Shown: positions 1 to 9,434, counted from the stretch's first letter. The stretch is 64,000 bases of DNA from Deltaproteobacteria bacterium (GCA_033763315.1 JANRKS010000002.1:32001-96000), one strand, 5' to 3'. The notes: generated by a model from the letters alone, not told the origin. Translations and numbers: made by a program.

Positions 1-1
1 A

Positions 2-631
2 CAAGACGAATGGGCGGAAGCGGCCGTGGGCCAGATGCCGAGTGTGATCGAGGCTGAGCCAGCCTTGGAGTTTTCTGCTGCAGTCCCCGGGTTGATGGCG
101 ATGCTCTTCGAATCCTGGGGTGGGCCAGCGTTGGCAGATGTCTTTGCGCCGGCCGTTCCCGGACCCGAGGAGGTCCAAGTCTTTGCGGAGGCGGCACTGT
201 CCCTTGATGGGTCACTCGTGCACATTTGGATCAACAATCGATCATCGTGGCCCCCGGTTGTGCTTGATCGGTTGTCGGTGCGCTACTTCATCACGCTTGA
301 GCCTGGTGTCAGCTTGACGGACGTTGAGGTCAGCCTGGTTCGTTCTGACTGCTTGCAGGCGAAGCCACCTCGTCTGATCGCTTGGCGCGATCGATTGGCC
401 TATATAGACATCGACTGCACGGGCACCCCCGTCTTCCCCGGGGGCGTCGACGGCGCAGGCGGTGAACGGTTTCGCAAACACATTGAAATGCGCGTCACCG
501 CCCCTGTATGGGATCCAAGCAACGATCCGTCGTTCGACGTCGGGCTGGTGGGCGCCGGAGAACCAGGGCGAATGACTGACAGGGTTGTGGTGTACGACCA
601 ACAGCAGCGGGTGTTCGGCCGCGTGCCATGA
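2..631 (+). CDS. C-terminal part of a GH9-like endoglucanase with CBM3c module (5' end outside the window)
   Basis: Frame is open from base 2. 'INNRSSWPP...RYFITL...YIDIDCTGTPVFPGG...WDPSNDPSF...VVYD...VFGRVP' matches CBM3c of Cel9A-type cellulases. The preceding 'AEPALEFSAA..LMAMLFESWGGPALAD' resembles the end of the GH9 catalytic domain (NEVATDYNAG..LAML...GG). Confidence 0.8.
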   Translation, partial: QDEWAEAAVGQMPSVIEAEPALEFSAAVPGLMAMLFESWGGPALADVFAPAVPGPEEVQVFAEAALSLDGSLVHIWINNRSSWPPVVLDRLSVRYFITLEPGVSLTDVEVSLVRSDCLQAKPPRLIAWRDRLAYIDIDCTGTPVFPGGVDGAGGERFRKHIEMRVTAPVWDPSNDPSFDVGLVGAGEPGRMTDRVVVYDQQQRVFGRVP

Positions 632-770
632 CCATTCGCGTGGCTTGAAAGCGATTTCAGGGCTTCTTCGGCAAATGCCTTCAACCGCGCGGGTGAGGCC
701 TGCAACTTCCTTTGCAAGCCACCGTTCGCAAGCCACCTTGCGTGAGTCACGGGTGCTTTGGGATGTGTCA

Positions 771-2612
771 ATGAAGTACCGATACAACCGTTCCGCGAGG
801 TCATTCATAGGCCTCATTGTTGCGTTTTCCATGGGCTCTGCATGCCAGGGGACCATCTCGTCGACGCAAAGCAACTCGGGTGAGGAAGGGGACGTCGGTG
901 GCAAGGGTGGCACCAAAGATGAGCGCGGCGCTGGCCGCGCCGGCAGCCCGTCAACCGGCGACCCACGCGGCGAAGGCGGAGGCACTTTAGGTCAGGGAGG
1001 CGCGGACGAACTTGCGGAGGAACCTCGCAATCCTTTTACCGGCGAAGAGCCACTGTCATGCGACAAAAGCCAATCATTGCCCTTGCCCCGGCGGCTCTGG
1101 CGGCTGACGCCCATGCAGTACCGAAACACGGTGCACGCCGCCTATGCTGGGCGAGGTGTGCTTGGGGTCTGGAAAAATGGAGCACCGGCACGCATAGACG
1201 CCTTGATCCCCTTCGATGGCGTGAACAAGGCGGACCGGTACTCGAACTACGCTGGTAGCTTCACGATGTCGGATCGCGAGTTGTGGTACGCCGTAGAAGC
1301 GGCAGCCGATCTTGCGCGCCAGTTTGGTGGCAGCAAATGCGCCACCGTGGCAGATGATAAGTTTGCGGCGTGCATCCGCGAGCGCGTGTCTTCGACCGGC
1401 GAGATCTTGTTTAGTCGGCCGTTGCTGGACGCGGAACTAGATCTTTATTCGTCACTGGCGACAGACAATGTAGCGGCGCTTGGAAAAGCTGAGGCGCTCA
1501 TCCTTGCATACCAGGGCTTGCTGGCCTCACCATCGTTTTTGTTTCGGTCAGAAATTGGCATGGGGCAGGCGCCCGAAGACGGGCGCGTTCGTCTATCCAT
1601 GTTCGAGATCGCGGCGGCACTGTCGTACTCGCTTACCGATATGCCCCCCGATCCCATCCTTTATGATTTGGCCAAGGCAGGCAAGCTGGATAGCAAGGAC
1701 GCCATTGCTCAACAGGTGGAACGCCTGCTGACGCTGCCCATGCAGAAGGACGTGGTGCGGCCCACTTTGAAATTCTTCCGCGAGTACTTTCACTACGAAA
1801 ACGCCCCCGCCTCGTTCAAGGAAGTCACATGGCACAAACCTGGGATGCTTGTTTCAGACACCGACGGCTGGTTTGACAACCTGATTCGCACCTCGGGGCG
1901 CAAGGATTTTCTCACGAACGTGCTGACAAGCAACGTCATGATGGTGCAGGGATACACATCACGCAACTATGACCTTGAGCTCGACAATAAAGTGCAAAGC
2001 ACCTTGATGCTTTTGAATGCCACGCAACGTGCTGGCATTCTCACACAGCCTTCCTTCCTCGTGGCGTTTTCGCAAAACGAGCATACACAGCCAGTGCAAA
2101 GAGGGCGCTTTGTTCGTGAGTCCCTATTGTGTGGAGTGGTTCCCTCTTTGCCAGGAGGCAACGTGCCACCGTTGCCTGATCTCGGCCCGAACCCAACATT
2201 TCGAGCCATTCACGAAGCCCACTCGAAGAACCCAACTTGTTACGCCTGTCATAAATTCATGGATCCTTTGGGCCTGGCCTTTGAGAGCTACGATGACCTC
2301 GGTCGGTACCGCACGATGGACGGTATCAAGCCGGTCGACGCAAGTGGTGTGCTGGAAGGGGCGTCGCCCGCGGTCGACGGTGCGTTCGACGGCGTGGTGC
2401 AACTTTCACAGAAGCTGGCCAAAGCAGACGTCGTTCGGCAGTGCTTCGTGGTTAACAACTTTCGCTTTTGGTCCGGCCGTGGCGAGGACCTAAGAGCAGA
2501 CGGCTGCACGTTGCTTGCACTTGACGAGGCCTTCAAGCGCGGCGGCGATTACGTGGCGATGCTGAACACGTTCTTTAGCTCCGATGCCTTCTTGCAACGC
2601 AAAGCCAATTGA
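771..2612 (+). CDS. DUF1592/DUF1588/DUF1595 (PSD/PSCyt3) haem-c lipoprotein, copy 1
   Basis: ATG at 771 gives a lipoprotein signal (MGSA-C). Motifs RLT..QY.NT, SPSFLFR, ALSYSLTD.PPD, RAGILTQP, PVQRG, CYACH, DPLG.AFESYD..GRYR. Confidence 0.88.
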   Translation: MKYRYNRSARSFIGLIVAFSMGSACQGTISSTQSNSGEEGDVGGKGGTKDERGAGRAGSPSTGDPRGEGGGTLGQGGADELAEEPRNPFTGEEPLSCDKSQSLPLPRRLWRLTPMQYRNTVHAAYAGRGVLGVWKNGAPARIDALIPFDGVNKADRYSNYAGSFTMSDRELWYAVEAAADLARQFGGSKCATVADDKFAACIRERVSSTGEILFSRPLLDAELDLYSSLATDNVAALGKAEALILAYQGLLASPSFLFRSEIGMGQAPEDGRVRLSMFEIAAALSYSLTDMPPDPILYDLAKAGKLDSKDAIAQQVERLLTLPMQKDVVRPTLKFFREYFHYENAPASFKEVTWHKPGMLVSDTDGWFDNLIRTSGRKDFLTNVLTSNVMMVQGYTSRNYDLELDNKVQSTLMLLNATQRAGILTQPSFLVAFSQNEHTQPVQRGRFVRESLLCGVVPSLPGGNVPPLPDLGPNPTFRAIHEAHSKNPTCYACHKFMDPLGLAFESYDDLGRYRTMDGIKPVDASGVLEGASPAVDGAFDGVVQLSQKLAKADVVRQCFVVNNFRFWSGRGEDLRADGCTLLALDEAFKRGGDYVAMLNTFFSSDAFLQRKAN

Positions 2613-2620
2613 GGCCAAAC

Positions 2621-3982
2621 ATGATCAGCCGCCGCCGCTTCGTGGAAAATCTGGGCCTGTCTTCAGGCGCGTTATTCCTTAAACCTATTGCCGAATCCTT
2701 GTTCAACCGCGCGCAGGGCGCCGCGGTCCGAACCAAGAGGGTGGTGTACCTTTTGAGCGGCAACGGCATGCGCCGTGATTGGACTTTTACGCCGCCGGAA
2801 ATCTCGCTTCCGAGCAGCGGGTGGGATCCTGTGCTGCCTGGAAAGACCAGCTTCACGTGGCCGGCAATGTTCAAGAAGTTGGAACCTTACCGAAGCCGAG
2901 CCCTTTTGATCGATGGCTTGGCAAACCAAATGCCGGGAGCGATGCACTCCACGGGCTATGGCGCTCTTTCTTGTTTCACAGCAGCGGGTGGTGCATCCAA
3001 CGAGGAGTTGGCGGCCCCGGGTGGAATCACAATCGACCAGCACATCGCGAAAGGCATGAATACAGCCTTCAAATCCGTGTTGGTGGGTGTGGGGCCAAAC
3101 AAATCAGTGTTTGCCTCGGGCCGGGAACGACCTGAGGCCGCGATCACCGACCCGGCTCAATTGCATCGCGCTCTGTTCGGGGCCAGTGCCTCAGATACCA
3201 ACGGCCTTGCGGGCGGCAATCGGTTGCGACAGAAGGCACTGTTCGATGTCTACAGAAAAGATATTGCACGCCTTACCCGGGGTTTGGCCACCAGCGAGCG
3301 CATCCCACTTGATCGGTATTTGGAGGCCATTGAAGGTTTAGATCAGCAGGCGCGGCTGTTGGCCGGTCTTGTGTGCCCAGCGCCCAGCGCACCGGCGGCG
3401 GCAGCCGTGGTCGAGGACACGTTGGAACAGGTGGTGACCTTCGCAAACATGGCACTCATATGTGGAATTACGAACGTTGTTGGCATCTCTGCAGGCACGA
3501 GTAAGTCGCACAACCACTTCCCGAAGTACACGCGCGCCTTGCGTGACGCTGGCCTTGATCCTGCCGAACGAGATTGGACCTATGGCCACGATGAAGACTC
3601 GATCGTGCGCCAAGGCATGACCGCTGTTTACAACTACCTTTCGGGCATCTTCGTCTCAATGATTAAGGCGCTTGAAAAGGTGCCCGAAGGCGATGGCAAC
3701 ATGTTCGACAACACCGTATTCATCATGTTGAGCTGCAACGCCGAGGCACATCACGCAAATCATGAGGGATGGCCGATGCTGGTGGTCGGCAACGCTGGAG
3801 GCGCTCTTAAGGCGGATGGTCGGTTCATTCGGTACCCTCACAAAGGCAGCAGCAAGGAGTATCGCGGCCTTTGCGATTTTCACAGCACCATCGCAACGGC
3901 TGTGGGGGTGGCGACCGAGTCATTCGGCAAGGGTGGCAGCGAACCGCCGAAGGGCGTTCTGTCAGAGCTCCTCGCCGTCTGA
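2621..3982 (+). CDS. DUF1552 (HXXSHH family) Tat-exported protein, copy 1
   Basis: GAGG RBS then ATG 2621. Tat motif SRRRFV; TIDQHIA, LDRYLEAI, PEGDGNMFDNT, HHANH..WP; directly downstream of the DUF1592 gene. Confidence 0.88.
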   Translation: MISRRRFVENLGLSSGALFLKPIAESLFNRAQGAAVRTKRVVYLLSGNGMRRDWTFTPPEISLPSSGWDPVLPGKTSFTWPAMFKKLEPYRSRALLIDGLANQMPGAMHSTGYGALSCFTAAGGASNEELAAPGGITIDQHIAKGMNTAFKSVLVGVGPNKSVFASGRERPEAAITDPAQLHRALFGASASDTNGLAGGNRLRQKALFDVYRKDIARLTRGLATSERIPLDRYLEAIEGLDQQARLLAGLVCPAPSAPAAAAVVEDTLEQVVTFANMALICGITNVVGISAGTSKSHNHFPKYTRALRDAGLDPAERDWTYGHDEDSIVRQGMTAVYNYLSGIFVSMIKALEKVPEGDGNMFDNTVFIMLSCNAEAHHANHEGWPMLVVGNAGGALKADGRFIRYPHKGSSKEYRGLCDFHSTIATAVGVATESFGKGGSEPPKGVLSELLAV

Positions 3983-4037
3983 CTTAGACTGCTCGGCTTG
4001 TTGCAGCCGAACCGCGTTTTGTGACAAAACGGTTGGT

Positions 4038-4282
4038 ATGCTTTACGCAATTCTTTGTTACGACTCCGAGGACGCCGTCTGGTCGTGGACCAAAGAACAG
4101 GAAGCGGCTGCCATGGCGAAACTCGGCGTGGTCAGCAATTGCTTGGCTTCTTTATCGTCGAGTGTGAATCGCAGGCCCAAGCCATCGAAACCGCGCGTGA
4201 GTTCGCGCGCGCCAGCAGTTCAGCGGGCGCCTACGAGATTCGGCCTTTGGCTCTCTTTGCACCGGGGCCCGCTTCGACTTAG
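4038..4282 (+). pseudogene. YciI/DGPF-family gene remnant with internal deletion and frameshift
   Basis: N-terminus MLYAILCYDSEDAVWSWTKEQEAAAMAKLGVV (from 4038) joins near 4133, out of frame, to the C-terminus QLLGFFIVECESQAQAIETAREFA...YEIRPL. The central DGPFAETKE segment is missing. Confidence 0.75.
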
Positions 4283-4492
4283 CTTCGTTGCGCAGGTGAT
4301 TGCTTCGGGCCAGCGACGACGCTCAACCCCGCTGCGACTCCGGAATTTGTCGTGGCGTAGGTTACGGGTCCAAACCATCTGACACTGACGTCTAGCAGCA
4401 CAGGCCCGTTTTCCGTGCGCCAACCGCGTTGTCATAGTCGTGAGCGACCGACACCCGGGGTGTTTTGGGGGGAGTCCCAACCCGACAGAAAC

Positions 4493-4508
4493 GCGACACC
4501 GATGTCGC
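4493..4508. promoter_or_regulatory. Palindrome GCGACA-N4-TGTCGC, candidate enhancer-binding-protein site (UAS)
   Basis: Perfect 6-bp arms about 90 bp upstream of a sigma54 -24/-12 element. Confidence 0.5.
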
Positions 4509-4593
4509 AGAAATTCAACACTTTCACCACTTCCTAAGCCGTTCGAAGCCATAAAACACAGTGGTTACGCGGTGACTTGCATTGGTTAATGTG

Positions 4594-4609
4594 AGGCACG
4601 ACCATTGCA
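4594..4609 (+). promoter_or_regulatory. sigma54 (-24/-12) promoter
   Basis: aGGCACGaccaTTGCa matches TGGCACG-N4-TTGC, 30 bp upstream of the ATG at 4640. Confidence 0.7.
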
Positions 4610-4639
4610 GAGTGGCGCGTCGAAAGTGAGGTGCTCCAA

Positions 4640-7294
4640 ATGAGCATCAGACTGCGACCCCTTGTGACCGTACGATCCTCCTCAATTCTTTTGCACCTGT
4701 CCTGCGTATGTATTGGCTTAAGCCTCGCCGCGTGTGATGGAGACAAACCCACCGATCCCGATCTGCGCGCGATTCTTGATGACGGCGACTTAGGCGCCCT
4801 GGTGCAAGGGCAAGCCCAGACCAAAGGCGATCCGGGTGGTGCCGGCGGCGCCGTTCCTGGCACCGGCGGAGACACAGGTATGGGCGGCAGCGGCGGCTTT
4901 GGCGGCATGGTTCCTGGACCCGTTGGCGGCAAAGGTGGCGCGCCACCGCCTCCACCTAAAGGTGGCAGTGGTGGCAGCAGCAGCTGTGGACCTTCGGGCA
5001 CCGGGGGCTTCTTCTCAACGGACGCAGGCATGCCGCCCCCGAAGGGCCCCGCGGCGCCTGTTGACGGGGGCATGCCAAGCGGTGACGCCGCTGTCGCCGA
5101 TGGCGGTGGTGCGGGCGGAGGATCCTGCTTTAACGGACCTCTTGGTTTTTGGGAGTTCAATGACTGCAACGACTTCCGCACGCAGTTGAATGATTCATCG
5201 TTCAATGGCAACACGGCCTTCCGTTCAATCAAGGCGAGCTGCGCGGCAGGCTTTGCGGGGCAGGGCGTCTCGTTGCCCAACCTCACTGACCTCGTATACG
5301 TCCCCGACCAACCCACCTTTACGTTCGGCCGCGGCGTCACAGTGGCTGCGTGGATTAACCCGCGCAAGTTAGGTGGTGTGCAATCGCTTTTCCGCAAACG
5401 GCAGAGCCTGACCAGCTCATTGGCTTTGGTGTTAAATGGCAAACAATTGCAGTTTGTCATCGATCGCAAAGGCGCCTTGCCAGCCTCGATCGAATGGAAA
5501 GGCATCAAAGAGGGCACTTGGACGCACGTGGCCGCGCGCTTTGATGGCGCGTCTTTGGCGTTGTTTATCAATGGCAAGTTGGTCACAGAGAAAAGCGCGC
5601 CCGGCACCATCGCCGATGGTGAAGGGCCGCTGCTGATCGCGAACGACGCTTTCTTCCGTCGTTTTGATGGCGTGGTTGATAACGTCTGGTTCGCGACGTC
5701 GCCTGCGCCCAATGACGTGGTTGCGGGTTTGACATGCGCACCACGCGCTCCCACTTTGGTGGCGACGCCCAGCAACAGTGGCCCTGTGGCGGCCGGCTCG
5801 TCATTCACGTTTGATTTGGCATTGAAAAACAACAATTCGTCCAGCTGCGCGGCTGAATCATTTTTCTTTTTCTCGAACAGCTTTTTCCCCGACATTTCGA
5901 TAAACCCAAGTTTCACTTCGCTCACATTGGGCAGCGGCGAAACGCAACACATACCTGTGGTGGTCACGTCGCAAAGCGAATCAGAACCGGGGGAGCGTCA
6001 GCTTTCCTTCCAGGCGCAAAGCAACCAGCGCTTCAACGATGGGCCAGCTTTCGCCAACGCCACGTTGGTTGTGGCTGAACAAACAGGATGCCACGTGAAG
6101 ACCTCGCGCGAGCTTCTGATCAAACACCTGTCAGTCGTGGATGATCCGGTTCGCACAGCCGATGAAACACCAGGCGACCCGCGCAACGCGCAGTGGACTT
6201 TCAAGCATTTGATGGAGCAAATGGCGCCCTCGCCTGAGGCGGCACCTGACATGGTGGAAGAGATGTTCAAAACATGGCTCACGCCACAAATGGTGAATGA
6301 CTTTACGATTGATGCGCGACCCGCGATGCAAGATCTTGTTTTGCAGTCGTGGCCACGCACGGCCAATGGCAAGCTTGATTTGGCGCATCCACCGTTGCAG
6401 CTGCAAGCGATCGTTAACCGGTTCGATTTGCGCAACCTGGAAGAGAACAATGCGGGAGAGGGCCGCTTTGTGTTTGCTGTGCTGAACCAAGGGTTCCCTA
6501 TGCAGTTCACTTTGATCCTTGAATACAAATTGCCCGCGCATACGCTTGCCGAAGTGCAAACGTGGGCCAACGATTGGCACGCATTGGGCGCCTTGCCGTT
6601 CCCCTCAGAGGCCTACAACGCCGCGCTTGCAGATCTCACCGAACGTTTTGTGAAGCACGGTGCCGCTCCGGGGCGGCCCAACGGCAGTGCCATCAACGCG
6701 GTTCGCACAAACGAAATCGCTTTGTCGTTTGAATGGCAGTTGCGTGAGTTCGATCTCGATCCAACGACGGGATTGTTGCGACCAACATCGATCAAGTTGA
6801 CGCCTGACATTGGCTTCAACAACACGCCAGCGCTGGCCGATTGGATCAACGCCAACCAGGCGGCCATCATCGCAGAAACGCACGACGTGCCCGCCACGTT
6901 CAACGGTGCGCCGTTCTTGGGTGGCGCCGTTCGCAACGATTTGACGGGTTGGAACGCGCCGGGCGTGGATCCAGAAGCGCGCTTTCACTTCTCGTTGAAC
7001 ACCTGCAATGGCTGCCATTCAAGCCAAGAAACCAACACGGGCTTCTTGCAGATCTCGCCGCGGTTCCCTGGCACCGAGGCGTTTTTGTCTGGGTTCATGA
7101 CAGGCACATCTGTGTTTGATGGGTTCTCAGGCACAATCCGTTCGTTTAACGATCTGGGCAGGCGCAACACCGATCTGAAAGGCATCGTGTGCGGCTCCGA
7201 CCCAGCGGTGGCTCCTAAAGGCGTGGCTGCCACTAGCCGCATCGCCGCTCCATCGACGGATAAACTGCGCCACGGCATCCGTCGCGTGCACTAA
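4640..7294 (+). CDS. Lipoprotein: Gly-rich linker + LamG/ConA-like domain + Ig-like domain + uncharacterised C-terminal domain with one CxxCH
   Basis: GAGGTG RBS; lipobox LAA-C; LamG motifs VTVAAWINP, WTHVAARFDG..LFINGK, FDGVVDNV; C-terminal AIVNRFDLR, AGEGRFVF, RTNEIAL, TCNGCH. Confidence 0.8.
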   Translation: MSIRLRPLVTVRSSSILLHLSCVCIGLSLAACDGDKPTDPDLRAILDDGDLGALVQGQAQTKGDPGGAGGAVPGTGGDTGMGGSGGFGGMVPGPVGGKGGAPPPPPKGGSGGSSSCGPSGTGGFFSTDAGMPPPKGPAAPVDGGMPSGDAAVADGGGAGGGSCFNGPLGFWEFNDCNDFRTQLNDSSFNGNTAFRSIKASCAAGFAGQGVSLPNLTDLVYVPDQPTFTFGRGVTVAAWINPRKLGGVQSLFRKRQSLTSSLALVLNGKQLQFVIDRKGALPASIEWKGIKEGTWTHVAARFDGASLALFINGKLVTEKSAPGTIADGEGPLLIANDAFFRRFDGVVDNVWFATSPAPNDVVAGLTCAPRAPTLVATPSNSGPVAAGSSFTFDLALKNNNSSSCAAESFFFFSNSFFPDISINPSFTSLTLGSGETQHIPVVVTSQSESEPGERQLSFQAQSNQRFNDGPAFANATLVVAEQTGCHVKTSRELLIKHLSVVDDPVRTADETPGDPRNAQWTFKHLMEQMAPSPEAAPDMVEEMFKTWLTPQMVNDFTIDARPAMQDLVLQSWPRTANGKLDLAHPPLQLQAIVNRFDLRNLEENNAGEGRFVFAVLNQGFPMQFTLILEYKLPAHTLAEVQTWANDWHALGALPFPSEAYNAALADLTERFVKHGAAPGRPNGSAINAVRTNEIALSFEWQLREFDLDPTTGLLRPTSIKLTPDIGFNNTPALADWINANQAAIIAETHDVPATFNGAPFLGGAVRNDLTGWNAPGVDPEARFHFSLNTCNGCHSSQETNTGFLQISPRFPGTEAFLSGFMTGTSVFDGFSGTIRSFNDLGRRNTDLKGIVCGSDPAVAPKGVAATSRIAAPSTDKLRHGIRRVH

Positions 7295-7314
7295 CGCAGT
7301 GAATTGAGTGATCA

Positions 7315-7353
7315 GAAACGCCTGTGGCTTCGCGCGGAGGCCACAGGCGTTTC
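7315..7353. terminator. Strong hairpin between convergent genes, probable bidirectional terminator
   Basis: GAAACGCCTGTGGCTTC-gcgcg-GAGGCCACAGGCGTTTC, a 17-bp stem with one G-T pair. Confidence 0.7.
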
Positions 7354-7407
7354 ACATACACCATACGGGGGCGCTTCTGCCAGCGGTGTGCAGCACCCAG
7401 CGGCTTA

Positions 7408-8265
7408 TCAGCGGCGACCGCGCGACGACCGACTTGGCATTCGCTCTGGGGGCAAACCCGGTGCGGGTGGTGTTGTGAAGCCTGGCGCGGGTGGTGTTGT
7501 TAAACCTGGCGCTGGTGGTGTTGTGAACATCGGCGCGGGAGGCGGCGTAAACATGGGAGCTGGAGGCGATGTGAACATCGGCGCTGGAGGTGAGGCCAAT
7601 TGCGCGAATCCGCCTGGCATCAGCGCCGGCCGAGCAGCATTGCCTTGTCCTAAGTAAACCGAAGGCCGTGTCGCATTGCCTGGTATCACCCAGTAATCCG
7701 GACCTGCAGGTGTGGGCGCGGTCGCGATGGGTTCAGGCGCGGGGTCATCCTCTGGTTGCGCCGTGGTGACGGCCTCAGTTTCAATCGCAAGGGCCGAGGC
7801 TTCGGCTTCTTCTTTGGGCGCCGACTCTTTGACTGGCGTTTCCGTTTGCATACTCTCATTCTCCAACGTAGTCGTGGGCGGCTCTTGAGGCGGCGCCTGA
7901 TGCGGCTCTTCGGCGATTACGGCTTGGCTAGCTGCATCGGCAGGATCCAATAGCTGCGCGAAGTCCTCCGGCGAAGGAAAGGCAGATTGCGGGCTGGCAT
8001 CGGGGGTGAAAGGAAGGATGGTCATTGCCGTTTCTGAGCTGGGATCCCGATCCGCTTCCTCCGATTCTTCGGAGGGCACTAGGGTGGCATCATCCACGCC
8101 GCGATCGGCCCGAAGCAACGGCGCACGGATGCCATAGCGAAGCATCGTAACAACGCCCCCCGCAAGCGCGCCTGCGATCATCAAAACCGCCACAAACCTC
8201 AAGGCAACAGAAAGCGGCCGCCTGGGGGGCTGCTCTTCGTTGTTTAGGGGATCGTGGGGAGGCAT
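7408..8265 (-). CDS. Hypothetical single-TM protein with acidic and Pro-rich low-complexity tail
   Basis: Hydrophobic segment VALRFVAVLMIAGALAGGVVTML, acidic linker, C-terminal TxPPAPxx repeats. Confidence 0.6.
   Translation of the reverse strand: MPPHDPLNNEEQPPRRPLSVALRFVAVLMIAGALAGGVVTMLRYGIRAPLLRADRGVDDATLVPSEESEEADRDPSSETAMTILPFTPDASPQSAFPSPEDFAQLLDPADAASQAVIAEEPHQAPPQEPPTTTLENESMQTETPVKESAPKEEAEASALAIETEAVTTAQPEDDPAPEPIATAPTPAGPDYWVIPGNATRPSVYLGQGNAARPALMPGGFAQLASPPAPMFTSPPAPMFTPPPAPMFTTPPAPGLTTPPAPGFTTPPAPGLPPERMPSRSSRGRR
7453..7596 (-). repeat. Six tandem 24-bp repeats encoding [TA][ST P]PPAP[MG][FL]
   Basis: Units start at 7453, 7477, 7501, 7525, 7549 and 7573 on the + strand; differences are largely at synonymous positions. 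Confidence 0.85.
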
Positions 8266-8474
8266 CGGCCGTCAAGCTTACCGCGGCGGCGCATGAAAGC
8301 CGCAACAGATGCTGACGGCATAGCCAGCGCGGCTACGATTTTGGGGCATGGGCGTGGTCACCGCTCACTGATCCGTACCCGAATTGAAATGAGTGCGTCG
8401 GGGCTCGGTTCGAAAGTTATCTCCGTGCCCCACGAGGCCCACCAAGCGTCAGGACGTCATCAATGCGGACGCAA

Positions 8475-9434
8475 CTAATCTTGTTTCAGGAGCAACGAGA
8501 CGTCATCCGTCCAGCACGTGGGGCTGCCGTTGTTGTGGATGAACACAAACATCCACGTGGCCGCGGCGGGCACCACGAAGTCTCTCGCTTCTGTTTTCCA
8601 GGTGGTGCCAAACGGCGATGCGATGTTGCGTTGGATTTCGCCATCCACGTCATTGCCGCACACCACACCCACAGTACACCCCACAACGTCACCTTTGCCC
8701 GTGGCGGTGAGCACGTACGTTTGACCTCGGATGAATCCCGGTGTCTCCTGCTGGCACCAAGCGGCTGCCGTATCGCTTCGCAAAGCGAAGGCACTTGAGG
8801 GGCCGGCGGCAACGGCGGCGGTGTTGCCGTTCACCGTCTTCCATTTGGTGACGCCTGCCTCAAAGCCTCCGTTGCTGATCAAGTTCACTGGCGCAGGCGG
8901 TGCCGTGTCAACCACGGGTTTGGGTGCATCGAGATTCGCCATCGCGGTATCTGTTGCGCTTGCCGCTGCGTCTGGTTTGGGCGTTGAAGCTTCGGCGTCC
9001 GTTGGTGAGGGAACTCCTGCGTCTCGATTCGTCGGAACTGAAGGTGTATCGCTTGTGGACGATAAATTTAGTTGCAGGCGTCGCGAGGCACCCGCTCCGA
9101 TCGTAACGCCTAGAAGTTCGGCCTTCGCGATAACGGCGCCCGCGGACACGCCAGACACAGAAATGTCTCGGGTGGCAAACACATTGCCGTCGAGTGTGAT
9201 CTGCACGGTGGCAATTGGATTTACGTTGCTTTTGAGCGAGCCCTTATCTGGCACCCGCAGGTCAACAACGGAAGGCGTGCCATCGCGGAGGACTGTAATC
9301 GACAAATACTCGGGTAGGGCGGCCGCGGGATCTTTATCGATCGCAACAAACAACTCCGTTTGCGTCGCGGGCCCGCAACTGGTTGCCGCGATCGCGAGCC
9401 AGGTGGCCGCCAAGGTAACGCGCGCCGAAAACAT
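8475..9434 (-). CDS. Lipoprotein with C-terminal CBM4/9-like carbohydrate-binding domain
   Basis: Lipobox ATS-C; Pro/Thr/Ala linker; NLISNGGFEAG...W and terminal DDVSL, typical of galactose-binding-like folds. Confidence 0.65.
   Translation of the reverse strand: MFSARVTLAATWLAIAATSCGPATQTELFVAIDKDPAAALPEYLSITVLRDGTPSVVDLRVPDKGSLKSNVNPIATVQITLDGNVFATRDISVSGVSAGAVIAKAELLGVTIGAGASRRLQLNLSSTSDTPSVPTNRDAGVPSPTDAEASTPKPDAAASATDTAMANLDAPKPVVDTAPPAPVNLISNGGFEAGVTKWKTVNGNTAAVAAGPSSAFALRSDTAAAWCQQETPGFIRGQTYVLTATGKGDVVGCTVGVVCGNDVDGEIQRNIASPFGTTWKTEARDFVVPAAATWMFVFIHNNGSPTCWTDDVSLLLKQD

Noticed and set aside
585-770. ORF-track N-terminal extensions (also 13010-13360, 27460-27657, 40253-40408, 57211-57387)
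   Set aside because: Downstream starts give proper signal peptides, RBS sites or family N-termini and mostly remove overlaps with neighbouring genes.
4534-5967. Long antisense ORFs (477 aa here; also 242-985, 8731-9444, 47019-48128 and many others)
   Set aside because: They are shadows of real genes on the opposite strand, expected in GC-rich DNA, and carry no recognisable motifs.
7453-7596. 24-bp periodic repeat as a possible CRISPR array
   Set aside because: The units are contiguous with no spacers, vary at codon third positions and lie in a coding frame; no cas genes are present.
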